From NCBI RefSeq assembly GCF_009914755.1, contig NC_060933.1: DNA of 64,000 nucleotides. One strand, given 5' to 3'. The notes under the pieces are model-generated. The model was not told where the DNA came from. It ran no database searches and worked only from the letters and a program-made list of their open reading frames with translations. This stretch comes from the human T2T-CHM13v2.0 reference genome, Homo sapiens. Shown here one piece after another: positions 27,400 to 41,950 of this stretch (position 1 is the first letter of the stretch; the number at the start of each line of letters is the position of its first letter). The translations under genes were made by a program, and so were the position numbers.

Positions 27400-28570
27400 C
27401 AGAGAGGAAAGAATGACTAATCTGATGAAAGATATTGGGAAATTTGACCAACTATTTTGGGGAGAAAAAAAATTGAGATTCCTATGGCATACTATGCAAC
27501 AAAATAAATTCCAGACACATTTAAAAATCATATCTAGGAAAACATGAAGAAAATATTGGTGAGTATCTCATCTCAGGGTAGGGAAAACCTTTTTAAGGAC
27601 TTATGATATACAACGGTATATGTGTCTAAATAAACATAAAATCTCCTCTAAATAAAGTACAAAAAAGGGAAAACAAAAATATTTGCAAGACTTATGACAA
27701 AGACAGATATCCTTAAGATAGAAAAAGTCTTTACAAATCAATAAGAAAATTTGAGTACGTCATTAAAAAATGAGCAAAGATAAGCAAAGTTAAAAGATAA
27801 GTGATGGAGCACGAGAAGATTTTTATAGCACAGAAAACAGATTAAGCATTAATAAAGCACCACTGATATAAAAGTTTCCTCTAAATCAATATGAAGAGAT
27901 GAATAACCCAAAAGAAAAATCAATAGAGGTTGTGAACAGGCAAGTCACTGAAGAATAAATAAAAATGGCCAACAAATATATAAAATATGCTTAACTTCAT
28001 CAATGGCCAGGGAAATACAATTCTTTTTTTTAAAATCTACTTTCCACTTAACAAATTGGCAAAAATTAAAATGTCAAAAATAACCAGAGTGTTGGTGGAT
28101 ATGAAGGAAGCAGGAGCCGTCTTTTTCTCATTGGTGAGGATATATAAATTGGTAAGGTCTTTTGGAAGGCAATTTGGCAGTACATTTAAAAAATATTTAT
28201 CCCCTTTGGCTCTACAATTCTGCTTCCAAAATATAGTCTCAGAAATACTCATACACATGCACAGAGATGTATGCACTAGGTGCTTGTTTTGAAAAACTGA
28301 GGGAAAAGGTATTCGCATTTGCTAGAGAACACTGACAGACATGTGCACAAATGTGTGCATAAGAATTTTCACTGTGGTTTTGGAAGGACTTGAAACTATC
28401 TCAGATGTCCAGTAAGAGCAGATTACTTAAATGAATTATGTGCACCCACTTAATGAAATACCAGGCAGCTTGTAAAGTGAATGAGGTTGATTTGCATGCA
28501 CAGAAGGGAAAGATGTTCGTAACAATAAAAATTAATGATGTTCATAATCATTACTTTAAAAAGCAACTTG
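27400..28570 (+). mobile_element. Ancient L1ME fragments (ORF2 3' region)
   Basis: aaaataaattccaga, ttacaaatcaataagaaaa, ggaaggcaatttggcagta motifs. Confidence 0.6.
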
Positions 28571-30111
28571 CAGGACTTTAGGTGAGGTCCAAACCCATTT
28601 GTGTAAACAAAAATACAACTCCTGCAATCAAACTGTGTGCCTCTGCTGTGGTTGGCTAGGGTGGGCAGAAGCCCTGCTGGTGCGCTGTGTCTTGACAGCA
28701 TCCTCTGCTTTTAAAAAAATCACAGTTGGGAGAGCTCTTGTCTAGGTAAACATTCTTTCTCTCTTTTGTCTGCTGGGTGGATTTGGGACTTCTTAGCCTT
28801 GTTAAGATGATTTCAGGTAGGACACTACCCGATTATCAAATTCTGAAGGTTTCTTCTTAGAAAATGATGGGATGGCCACTGTCTCTGTGAGCATTAAAAG
28901 GGACAAACCAGTAGAAGTTCCCAGACTTGTCTTGGCTCAGTAGTAGGAATTCTTTTTTCAACAATTACAGTGGATCATAAGTAGGCTAGGCAGGAGGGTC
29001 CTCTGGATCAGAAGGAAGGGGGAAGAACAACTGAAGATGAGACAGTGAGATCTGTTTGACGGCCCTGTCTCTCAAGGTCTTCTCCCTCATGTGAACTTGA
29101 AAACTGCTTCTTTGAGCTTCTACCTTAGCTTCCTATTTCTGCCCTTAGGGTCAGGCCCTTCTTCCTAAAGATAATCCTTTAGAAATTCAAATATAGTGTC
29201 CTGTCCTCTCCTGCGTCAGCCTCATAAGTTAGGAACCCCATGTCACTTCAGGGGTTCAAATAGAGGCTTCAGTGCCATTGTTTACAGAAGCTGATGTGGA
29301 GACCTCCCCATGGGTGAGAAACTCAACTGGGTGACCCCACTAACCCATGGTCTCTTAGAATCCCCTTAGAGTCTATGAGCCTAAGGTTTACTGGTGAAGG
29401 GCTTTGTCTTCATTATCCACTTGTTCCTGTGATCTTTTTCTGTGTGTTTCATGAAAGGTCTCAGCAAATGTTAATAGAGTGGGTACCTCTAAATAAACAG
29501 GCTGTAGAAAAATGGGTCATAATACCCAAGTAGGAAAGAGAGAGAGCTTCAATGGCTTCATGGTGCTTGACCGTGAAGGGAGGTCATTCTTCTGAGTGAA
29601 GGTCCCCATGGAGATAGCTTTCTCTTTTCTGTGTTGTGATGAAAATGGCTCTGAATCTACATGAGTGAATGTGGGGGCAGGGTGGGCACTGTGGGAGGGG
29701 GTAACAACCAACAGTCAGGGGTTTTGTTAGGAGTCAGATGGCTGGGTGGCCACGTGGGGAACGACTGAGAACCAGAGCACCCTGGTTTCCTGCCCGTTGG
29801 CTCTTCTTTGAGGACAAAGAAGGCTGATTGATTGATGATTAACACAAATTCTTGATGTCTTATCTTCCATTTGGATTTCCTTCAGCCACTCAGAAGATGA
29901 GGCTGGAGAATATTCTGGTGAAGTGTACCAAAACAGTTTTCTGGATTTTCTTTCTTTAAAATATCTGAATTTCATTTCTCTGAAAAAATATAACATTTCT
30001 TCAGGTATCATAACGTTTATAGATGTTGGTTGTATTGTCATAGAATTGAATAATTTTAATTGGGAGGAGCGGATAATACACACGTAAAGGAAATGGTAAA
30101 AATTGAAATTC

Positions 30112-30411
30112 TTTTTTTTTTAGGCAGAGTCTGTCACCGAGGCTGTTGCCCAGGCTGGAGTGCAGTGGTGCGATCTCGGATCACTGTAACCTCTGCCCCT
30201 GGGGTTCAAGCGATTCTTGTGCCTCAGCCTCCTGAGTAGCTGGCACTACAAGCACGTGCCACCATGCCCGGCTAATTTTTGTATTTTTTTTAGTAGAGAC
30301 AGGGTTTCACCATGTTGGCCAGGCTGGTCTCGAACTCCTGACCTCAGGTGATCCACCCCCTTGGCCTCCCAAAGTGCTGGGATTATAGGCGTAAGACACC
30401 CATGCCTGGCC
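30112..30411 (-). mobile_element. AluS
   Basis: Full dimer; near-TSD gtaaaa(a)ttg(a/t)aattct on both sides. Confidence 0.95.
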
Positions 30412-30659
30412 TGTAAAATTGTAATTCTATAAAATTGACCCAGTGTTACAAACAAAACACAAAAAACCAGCCATGTACTTGCATGAAGTGCTCTGGCTGA
30501 AACTCAGCCCCAGAGAATTTTGAAACACTTAGGAAGCTATTCCTTCCTCTATTCTTTGAACCCATTCCCTTATGCCTTCTAAGGAACTATCAGTAGCCCT
30601 TTATCTGCTGTATATGAAACTTTTCTGTCTTAACTGTATAATCACATTAACATGTAACC

Positions 30660-31805
30660 ATGGAAAACCCCTTCCTATTTAAGAAGGCATCAATGGATTC
30701 CATTCACACCAGTATTGCCCATCTCTCTCCTTTCACAGCTAAATGCCTTTACAGAGCTGTCTACACCTGCTGCCCCATTTTCTCACTTCCCACTCAGTCC
30801 TCAGCCCCTTCCACTCCAACTTCTGGCCCCACTGCTCCACTAAAAAAATTCTTAATAAGTCACCAATCATCTCCACCTCATTGCATTCCATAGACATTCC
30901 TCTGCTTATCTTCCTTGACTCCTCAACAGCCCCTGACACTATTGACAACTCCGTCTTTCCTGAGACCCTCCTTGGGCTGTTTCTGATGTGCCATTCTCCT
31001 GGTTCTTTTCCCCACCTCTCTGGTTGCCAAGCAGTTCCTCATCTACTTATGCTTTCAATGTTGGTATTCTTCAAGTTTTCGTCTGAGGCCCCCTTTTTCC
31101 TTTCTATTTCACAGTCTTCCTCAATGATTACAGCTATCAATTTTTGGAACAATGACTTTAAATTTTGTGTCCCCAGCCTGCTGTCTCTTCTGAGCTCTGG
31201 ATCTGAATATCCAACTGGCCATTTGCCTTTACTTGGATGTTTCAGTGGCTCCTCAAAGTTATCTGTCCAAGACTGAACTCATGACCTTCCCCCACCCACC
31301 ACCAGCATGTTCCTGATTGAATGTATCACCATCCATATAGTTTGAGGAGTCAGAAAACTAGGCTTCATCAGCTAGAAACCATCATTCTCAGCAAACTATC
31401 ACAAGGACAGGAAACCAAACGCCGCATGTTCTCACTCATAGGTGGGAACTGAACAATGAGAACACTTGGACACAGGGAGGGGAACATCACACATGGGGGC
31501 CTGTTGGGGGTGGAGGACTGGGGGAGGGATAGCATTAGGAGAAATACCTAATGTAAATGACGAGCTGATGGGTGCAGCAAACCGACATGGCACATGTATA
31601 CCTATGTAACAAACCTGCACGTTGTGCACATGTACCCTAGAACTTAAAGAGTAATAAAAAAAAATAGAAAAAAAAAGAATTAGGGGTGAAAACATTGCAG
31701 GCAGAAGAAAAAAAAAAGATCAGGCTTCATCCTTGACACCTCCCTCTTGTCACTTTAACCTGTGAATAGCTCTTGAACGTACACACTTCTCTTCATCTCT
31801 ACTGC
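30660..31805 (-). mobile_element. L2 fragment (interrupted by L1PA)
   Basis: Pyrimidine-rich L2 motifs (ccttgactcctcaacagc, tatccaactg, catccttgacacctccctct). Confidence 0.65.
31370..31717 (+). mobile_element. L1PA5/6-like 3' end with two A-tracts and TSD
   Basis: L1 3'UTR; TSD core aggcttcatc at 31360-31369 and 31722-31731. Confidence 0.92.
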
Positions 31806-33850
31806 ATCTAAACATGTAAAACAAAAGGGGATGATTTGAAAGGGAATGAGGTCACCACTGGTGGTGGTGTCCAAGCAGAGACTGATTGGCCTCTCGGTAT
31901 GGGTGACACAGCAAGGACTAGATGCCGAGATGGCTTTGAGTGCTCACTCATCCTCTGTTGCCTGCCTGAGCTGTGGGGCGAGCGTTCATCTTTCCTTTCT
32001 CTGAGATCACCCCTTTCTCCTGCTTATGCAGGCACTGCTCCATGAGGCCTAGAAAGCTCTTAGAGGCCAATTTATAATGAAAGTCCCTTTTAGAAGAGGC
32101 CTGAGTTCCCCTGAGCTACTAGGATCCCCAAAGATCATCTAGTTCAAATGGGAAAGCTGAGGCCCAGGGAGTAGGACAGAGACTTGCCTAGGTTTAACAG
32201 TGAACCAGTGGCACAGCAGAGACTAGGTCCCAGCCTCCTACCTCCTTCTAATGCTTTTATCTTCCCATCATTCCCTGCTGCCCTTCATTAGTACAACTGT
32301 CTCATTTAGGGCTGGTGAGTAATAATTTGCACCAGGTTCCATCAGATGGTAAATTACATCACTCAAGTGGGAAGGATGTTTCAGTGTTGCTCTCGCTAAA
32401 GTATTGAAGACAAAGAGTTATTTGTTAGGAACACAAACAAGGAGACCAGGGGCTGAGGAACAATCTAGAACAAAGTCCTGGTGGGTGCTTTGTTTGTCCA
32501 GCCACATACCTGAGGACCTAAAGTCTAGGTCCATAACTATGCTTTTAGACCTATGTCAGAAGTGAAACCAAACCCAAACCAAGCCAAAAACAATAACAAG
32601 AACCTCAGTGTTTGTCAGTTGGGACTTTTTGACCTGAATAACTGTCCATTCTACCAGCTAATGCATGGAGTTGGTTGAAAGGGGGCCAAAAATGTTTTTC
32701 ATAATATTCAGTTCCACGGTGGATAAAGAAAACAAGTATAAACCAAATGAAATGGGTATGAAATAGTTATAAAATAAGACTTTTCCTGATAGTTTATAGG
32801 CCGAGCCTCTAACTCTATGCTCCGAGGGTTGCAACACCCCTTTAATCTTCTCTGCAGCATTTATTAAAATATTTCATAATAAAAGATCTTAAGAAAAAGT
32901 ATAGAGACAGAAAACAAGGTGGTTTAGAAATGGAGAGAATTTTTCGAGACTGAACTGGATGTAGAGGTTCCTCCAACAAAGAGATTGGATTTAAAAAATT
33001 GTTCAACTTCTTTGTTCCTAAGTCTAAAATGACTTACACTCTACCAGTTATTAATGGGTACACATACTACTTTAAAGTTATAGATTATGAGACCTAAAGT
33101 AATAAATGGCATTTTTTGACTTATACATATGTCATCATTTTCTCATGACTTTCCATTTTAAAATGATTCCTGATTTTATTTCCCTCATAACAATATGCAA
33201 ATAGTTATGTTCTGAGGCTAATACCTCAGATGGCGGGCAGAGTGGGCATTAATTTCATCTGATTCATTTTTTCATATCTATAGAGTTTCATATTTTCCTT
33301 CCTAAAATCATGGAGGTTTAGGAAATCCTTTGACTCTAGGGCCTGCCACTCTGAGTTTTCCCCTGGCCATGTCAGGGCTTCTGTACCCTACCACTTCCAG
33401 ATTCTGCATTATATACATTACATTGATTTGTGCTGTAGCTAGAATAGTGGTCAGGAAACAAGGAATGAGGAAAGTGGGGATTGCCTCTTGGGGTGACAAG
33501 GTGGGGGCAATATTAGAATCTACAGGTTGCAGGGTATGTAGCTTGAAAAAACATACTAAACATGATAACATAATTTTATATCTGGCAAACACAAACATAG
33601 ATTCTTAGTAAAAACTACAGGAACTTAAGATAGTCAAATCTCTACGATTGATGAGGGTCACACAAAAATATAGTAAAAAAGCATTCTACATTAGCCCCAG
33701 GCCTAGCTGAGATGATGGCCACAAATATCTGAATCTCACAAAACAATTCAGAACGACAGAAGGATAAATAAAACCAAGCAAAATACATGACTGTAGCAGA
33801 ACCAGGAGAAAGAGAATGCCCCAATTTTAAATTGATCCACAAGTAGATAA

Positions 33851-34294
<444 letters not shown>

Positions 34295-34699
34295 CTAAAA
34301 CCACTGCCAGAAAGAAAAAATCTACCCTGAGTTGGAAACTACCAAAAAGCCCTAGTAGATCAGAGCACAGCTCTAAGGAAGGAATTAAAAAATTCATGCT
34401 ATTGGAGGTGGCAGTCTTCAAAAGGCATTGCTTCTGAGGGAAGAGAATATGAAAAGGTAGGGAAGGGTGCTTTTTGGAGATTTGGTGGTGAAGGGGAAAA
34501 GAAGGAAAAGGGGAAATTTTATAGTCTTGCAATATAAGAGATAACCAACAAATCAGAAGACAGACAATTCCTTCCTCAACCTAAAACAAAACAAAGCAAA
34601 ACAAAACACACACAAATAAGCCATTCTGGAAAGAAACTACACATTGATACACGGACATGAAAGGGTACCCCTGAATTAGAAATCAAAGAGCATTTATTA

Positions 34700-35160
34700 A
34701 ATTTAGACAAGTAAGTTAAGTAAAAGACAAAATCATATCAGAAATCAGGTACCCAAAAGAGAATCGACTAAATTAAAATTTGGATGGAGAAACTGAAGAA
34801 AGGTAGGAACAGAACCAAGAGAATAAAAACAAGATAAAGTGAGAAGCAAAAAGGGTCAGAGAGAAAGTGTTTGAAATGGTAGATAGACAGGCGAAGAAGA
34901 ATCACTGTACATATAATTGGAGTCCCCGAAGCCAACAAAATGATGGCACAGAATAAATATTTAAAACTGTAATTCAATAAAACTTTCTGGAAATAAAAGA
35001 AAACCAGAATCTACATATTGAGAGGGTCCATTAGGTACATGGAAAAATTTACCCATAAGGTCAGCTTCATAACATATTCTATTAACTATGAGACTTTAAA
35101 AATAAATAGAAATCCTTTAGACCACCAAACAAAAGATCAAAGGACTCATAAGGGCAATAT
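34700..35160 (+). mobile_element. Ancient L1/HAL1 ORF1-like fragment
   Basis: catataattggagtccccgaa...aaaactttctggaaataaaagaa...atctacatattgagagggtcca. Confidence 0.55.
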
Positions 35161-35399
35161 AATTATAACTGAAGTTGTTATGCAGCAATAGATAACTAAT
35201 ACATATGGGTACATATACATTGCAAAGTAAGAAGTCCAACTTCCTTAGAATCAGTGGTTTAAAAATAAAGGGCAAGTATGCATTGAGAATCTCTGAATAA
35301 TATTAAAGTGCAATTTTACCGATCTCATTAGAAAAACAGTGAATTTTTGTGCAAATTATGTCTTTCTGTGACACATAGTATGGGATCGTTTTCATAAAA

Positions 35400-36380
35400 G
35401 TGAAAATGTTATATGAAATAGCCCCTTTAAGCATAAAGAATAATTTTTTAAAATGTTGCACCAATGGAGACACTCTCATCAAATATCACATTTGCAATAC
35501 TGCCAAAAATTACTTGGAGATAAAATTGAGATAAAATACCAGGAAACATTTTTTTTCTGTTTAGTTCTATAGTCAAGTGTCAAATTGATGTGTTAGTTGA
35601 AGATATCAGGCTTCAAGTTTTGCAAAAGAGCCAATCATTGCTCATTTTACTTTTAGTTGTAACAAATCCACAGAGGACAGAGATTGAGCACAGCCATTTA
35701 TTTATGCAAGATATACGGTTAGAGATATATTGGAATAGAAAAGTGCTGCTTTTCAAAGCCTTGGATACCATCATTGAAGTTGATGATGTCTTTGATGCTG
35801 TGCCAAAATTATTTAAAGTCAATGAACTGAATGGGAAAAATATATTTATAGTGTGTCCTGGTGGTGATCCAGCAATGCTGGGTCTGAAATTAAGAGTTTT
35901 TAGAGGGAAAAGTTTTAAAATTTCATCTAATTTTTAGGATATATGATGACTTTACCGACAAGCAATTTATGAGAGGATTTCAGCCTTGCTATCAAGAGAG
36001 TAATTTTTATTAAAAAAAACTGGATAAAAGCATGATTATATGCTTTGCTCTGTGAAAAATTAAATATAGATAACAAAGGTCTTCTGTTCTATGTGAGGTT
36101 CATTGACTGTCAAAGGGAAATTTGCTTGGAGGGTCCTGTTGCCTGATTTTTGAAATACCAGAGAAAAGACCAACTGTCCATTTAAGAGGTGATCAGACTT
36201 CTAGTGGAGTTTGGCATATTTATTTATGAGATATATTTGAAACTTTTAATACATTGAAACTGAAATTTGAAGTGTATAAGCCAAATTAGTTTCATTATGT
36301 TATACTCCAGGCATTTATACCATCATTTCCTCCCCAGGGTGTCCATTACTCCCCAGTGAAGAACCTCCCTGGTCTGAGAA
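35400..36380 (+). mobile_element. Fossil hAT-Charlie/Buster transposase coding region
   Basis: KVLLFKALDT...DDVFDAV..LFK.NELN.KN...VCPGGDPAMLG resembles FLFCKPL...DIF..V..FF...L.W.....CTDGAPAM.G. A degenerate LLF..EVRWLS.G motif follows near 36080-36125. Multiple stops and frameshifts. Confidence 0.8.
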
Positions 36381-36870
36381 ATGGAACTTCCAAAACAAGG
36401 CATTTAGCATAGACCTTAGGCGTTCTCTGGAATCTCCTTCCCCTTAATCTAATTACAGTCTGGAAATGATGAATTTATAGATGGGAAGAGATTGGTAGTG
36501 GAGGTATGATGCACCCCTAAAGGTGGGGGTTTACCAGATATGAAGTCCTAGGTCAGTGGTTTTCAGACTTTTTGTGTTCATGCTAAATATTTGAATATTA
36601 GAAATTTATGCCCAACACACGAAGCACTCCCCAGACATTTTGACTGTCAGATTCTTTTTCTCAGAAACATAATGTAAGACCAGCGTTCTGCCAAACATAC
36701 TTCAAGAGACGCTTTTCTAGATCCCATGAGCTAATACATATAGAGCTTAAAATAAAAACAGTGTGACCCAAGAATTAAACTTAGTTAAGATATCCATATG
36801 TGAAGCAATCAAAAAATAAAAATAAAATAATAAAAAAACATGAAATAAAAGGTCTTGGAAAGTATACCAT

Positions 36871-37229
36871 TGCTAGGGTCTGAATGTTGGTGTCCCTCCA
36901 AAAGTCATGTGTTGAAATCTAACCCCACAAATGATGGCTTTAGAGGTGGGGCCTTTGGGAGGTGATTAGGTCATGAGGGGTCCATCCTCATTAAAGGGAT
37001 TAGTGTCCTTATGAAAGGGCTTGAGGGAATCTTGTCCACCACTTCTACCATGTGAAGACACAACAAGAAGTCATCATCTATGAGGAACAGGCCCTCACCA
37101 GACAGCAAATCTGCTGGTGTCTTGATCTTGAACTTCCAGCCTCTAGAACTGTGAGAAATACATTTATGTTATCTATAAATTACCCAGTCTTAAGATATTT
37201 CATTATAGCAGCTCAAATAGACTAAGACA
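36871..37229. mobile_element. MLT1A-like MaLR solo LTR
   Basis: tgctagggtctgaatgtt...ggggcctttgggaggtgattaggtcatgagg...aatagactaagaca. Confidence 0.85.
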
Positions 37230-37814
37230 GCCTTACACATACTTCCTCCTCTGAAATAACTACTCAGAGGTATTCCTTTTAGTGCTACTTATATTTGGAG
37301 CAGTAATAAATTTATAATTCTAAATAATTGTAGATATAAAAGTAAATAGTTTAGTCACAGGTAAAATGCAATATTATACCTTCTTAAAGTAATGCCAAAA
37401 GTATTAAATTCAATTCAATGGTAGAGAGTAAATAGTTAAAGTTGAAAGTAGCAATTTGTAAATTAGGAAGCAGAAAATCCAAGAGCAGATTTCTTTAAAA
37501 CAGACAAATCTCTGGTAAGTTTAACCCATTAAAAGAGAAAAAACGTAAACATAAACATACACAAATACCATCATACAAGTATATTCAACATCATTGCATT
37601 GGCAGTTTTCATTTTGCTATAGACTTTTTTCTTTCTTCCCCCATCTCCTTTCTTCTTCCATTCCACCTTCTGACTACCCTTCTTTCCCAAAAGGATCAAC
37701 AGAAATAACCTGATGTGTATCTTTGCATACATTGCTCTATGCACCTGTAACCCTATACAAAGATCTACTCATATATAGAATTTTTTGGTTTCTTTTTTCT
37801 AAAGCTGGATTCTT

Positions 37815-38141
<327 letters not shown>

Positions 38142-39212
38142 TAAAGCTGGATTCTTATTAAAGATATTTTTCTCCAAATTCATTTTTTCTATGTCACTTA
38201 ACAATACATCTTGGTCAATCCTTCAGGTTGATGGACACAAAAATCATTCTTTTTAATGTTTACCCACTTTTAGTTTCCCCCACTACAAATAATGCTGCAC
38301 AAAACTTCCTTGTATTATATTATGTGTCTATCAAAAATATTTCCAGAATTAGCATTGCTGGGTTGAAGTACATCTATATTTTAAATTTGAACAGATATTG
38401 GCAGATGGCTTTCCAAGAGGGTTGTGGTAATTCACATTCCCACCAGCACTGTATAAGCGTGACTATTTCCCCACATCTTCACCAGCAGCTGGCATTCTTA
38501 TTTAAAAATTTTCTAATTTTATCAGTGAAAAACTGGTGTCTTATTATTGCTTTATTTTGCATTTTCTTTACTATTTTTTAGGTTGAGCATCGTTTCTTGT
38601 GTTTATTGGTCATTTGAATTCCTTCTTCCATGAATTGTATATCATATCCTTACCCATATGCCAGTTTTCTCTTTTTTATGATTTTATTACCAAGGGGCAG
38701 CTCGTTGGCTATTATAAATATTTGCTCTTTATCATGTATTTTGTTATTTCCCCAGTCTCTAGTTTCCTTTAGGTTTACACAAATTTTTAGTTTTTATGTG
38801 GTAAAATATGCCCATATTTCCCTTCATATAATCTGAATACACTGTCTTGACTCACAGGATATCCCCTCCCCTAAAAGTTACATGGTTATTTTACTAGCTT
38901 TTCTATTTGTTGTTTAAATTTTTTACCACTAAGTCTTTAATATAAATGGAATTTATTTTTATATGTTTTGAGATACAATTGAACTATATTTTATTTTAGA
39001 TGGTTAATCAAGTCTGCCATCATTTTATTAAATAACTGATTCTTATCCCCAACAGAATTGAAATATCTTAGTTATATACCAACTTCCCATAGATGCTTGT
39101 TTCAGTTTCTGGATTCCTATACTCTGCTTCACTGACCTATTTTATTTTTCTGTGAGAAATATCTGATAAGCCATGTTACCTCTCATATAGTTTGCTATTC
39201 ATAATTTTCTAA

Positions 39213-39522
<310 letters not shown>

Positions 39523-39628
39523 ATGCTTGGCCCTCTATAAATCTGTAAATAGCTTGTAACCAGTTCTAAAATGGAAATGACATCATATTTATGTATTTAC
39601 TCAGGGAGAAATTTCATTTTCCAAGCCT

Positions 39629-39938
39629 CTTTTCTTTTCTTTCTTTTTTTTTTGAGACCGAGTCTCGCTCTGTCACCCAGGCTGGAGGGCAGTAGTGGCG
39701 CGAAATCGGTTCACTGCAAGCTCTGCCTCCCGGGTTCACGTCATTCTCCTGTCTAAGCCTCCTGAGTAGCTGGGACTACAGGCGCCCGCCACCACGCCTG
39801 GCTAATTTTTTGTACTTTTTAGTAGAGACGGGGTTTCACCGTGTTAGCCAGGATGGTCTCGATCTCCTGACCTCGTGATCCGCCCGCCTCAGCCTCCCAA
39901 AGTGCTGGGATTACAGGCGTGAGCCACCGCGCCAGGCC
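39629..39938 (-). mobile_element. AluY (followed by a pyrimidine tract and an AluJ fragment to ~40120)
   Basis: gtgttagccaggatggtctcgatctcctgacctcgtgatccg diagnostic. Confidence 0.95.
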
Positions 39939-41245
39939 CACTCCCCTCCTCTCCCCTCCCCTTTGCTCCCCTCTTCTTTTCTCTTTTCTTTTCCTTTCTT
40001 TTTTTCTTTTCTTTTCTCTTCTTGGATCTTGCTGTTGCCCAGGCTGGAGTGCAGTGGCACAATCACAGCTCACTGCAGCCTCGAAATTCTGGGTCCAAGT
40101 AATCTTTCCATCTCAGCCTCAATCCTAAGTTTTCTGTCCATGAATATTGTATCCTTTTATTTGCTCAATTCTTGTGATGTGTTCTTAAATAGGATTCTAT
40201 GGTTTTCTTCACATAGATCTAGTTCTGTTCCGACAAAATATTGTACATTTGTAGTTATTGTTACTAAGGATTTGATGTTTCCCACAATTTCGTTTCTAAC
40301 TGGTTACTACTAGCAGATGGAAAATATGTTAATTTTCATATATTTATCTTCAATCAAGCCACTTTACCAAATTCTCTAATTAATTACAGAAGTTATTTCT
40401 AAGAGTCTCTTGGGTTAAAATGGTTATAATTATATGATTTATAGATTTAATGGTTTTTATCAATATTCACTCTGATGATTTAATTTTTTTTCTCAAAGAA
40501 GGAGGACAAAAAGGTGACAGAAGGCACCCGTGTATTGTTCCTGATTTGGATGGGTGTACTGTGTAGATTTTGGGTAAATAGCCTCCTACTATTTGTTTTC
40601 TACTTAGAACTTTATTTTCAATTGGGAGAGTGTAAAATACTATTATTTTTTGTTAAATATCTTCCTAGCATCTAGCTTAATGACATATTTTTCTTCTTAA
40701 ATTTGTAGATATTTGATTGTGAATTAGATTTGCTAAAAATTTTTATAAATGTTTATATATATTTATAAAAGTGTTTGATAATTCTATTTTAAATATTATA
40801 TTTTTAAAAATTTAAGTTGTGCTACCACTATGAAATGAACTAGGGAACTTTTCTTTTTTATTGAGTGGAATAGTTTAAATAACATTAGAGTTATCTATTA
40901 TTTAAAGGTTGGAGAGAGCTCAGCTATACCATCTGGTTCTGATGCCTTTTAAAAATAGAAATTTTAATAAGCGTTCTAATGTTATCTAAAGTCTTGGTCC
41001 TTACAAGTTGGGCTTTTTAAAAAAAAACGTATTCTTGGGTCTACTTTTGTCATTTTCATTTGGCAAAAATTTATCCATCCCTTTAGATTTTCAAACAGTT
41101 GCATATACTATTGTCTCACAATTTGATATCTCTGTCTTTATCTCCTTTCTCATTCTTCCTGCATGTATTTTTTGCTGTTTTTATTTTTCTCACTCAAGCT
41201 AGTGAGCAGTTGATCTGTTGGTGTCTTTTAAAAATACAGATTTTT

Positions 41246-41446
41246 ACACATGGACATAAAGATGGCAACAGTAGAACTACAGGAGGAAGCGGGACAAGGG
41301 TTGAAAAACCAACTATTGGGTACTGTGCTCAGTACCTGGGTGACAGGATCAATCATACCCCAATCCTCAGCATTATGCATTATACCTAGGTAGCAAACAT
41401 GCATATGCACCCCTTGAATCTAAAACAGAAGTTGAAATTATTTTAA
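41246..41446 (+). mobile_element. L1PA15/16-like 3' end
   Basis: cacatggacataaagatgg...actattgggtac...tacctgggtgacaggatc...ccccttgaatctaaaa. Confidence 0.8.
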
Positions 41447-41714
41447 GGAAGAGCCGAATGGAAATCCCTGAACTGAAAAATACAAAATATACTTTTTAAA
41501 AAGAAAAATGCCTCATATAGCAGTTAAAAAAAACCCAGATTTTGAATTTATTTATGCTTTATACTCTTTTATTCTATTCATTATTTTTCATTTTTATCTT
41601 TATCAATTCATTCCTCAAACTTTTATACTATTTTGTTTTCCCTTTTTTTAGTTTCTTAAGAAAAATACTCATTTTAAGTCTTCATTTTTTTTTTTTTTAA
41701 ATAAGGCATTTTCC

Positions 41715-41950
41715 AGATGTGAGGGTCACCTGGCTGTGACATCTGTTGCCCCATTGATGGCCACGGTTGTTTGGCTGATCTGGCTGCCTAGGCAGGTGTC
41801 CCCTTCCTCCCTCACTGTTCCATGTGCCTCCCTCCAGAAGCTACATCCTTGGTTGAAGAGGATGACCATCCCCAATAGAGGAGGACTGGTCTTCAATCAA
41901 GGGCATATGAGTAGCTGCACTCCCCTGATAGAACCTGCAAACAAGCTCTG
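41715..41950 (+). pseudogene. RN7SKP225: 7SK snRNA processed pseudogene, 3'-truncated
   Basis: Collinear with the first ~235 nt of 7SK (gatgtgaggg...ggctgatctggctg...gtgtccccttcctccctcac...aaacaagctct); short A-tract; TSD core aaggcatttt at 41703-41712 and 41959-41968. The family call is secure; the pseudogene number is recalled, not verified. Confidence 0.93.

Noticed and set aside
35590-35937. Domesticated ZBED/FAM200-like gene
   Set aside because: Only a short open segment, catalytic motif degenerate, surrounding frames disrupted.
41715-41950. Functional 7SK gene
   Set aside because: 3'-truncated, CpG-decayed, TSD-flanked, with no PSE/TATA promoter or T-run terminator at the proper position.
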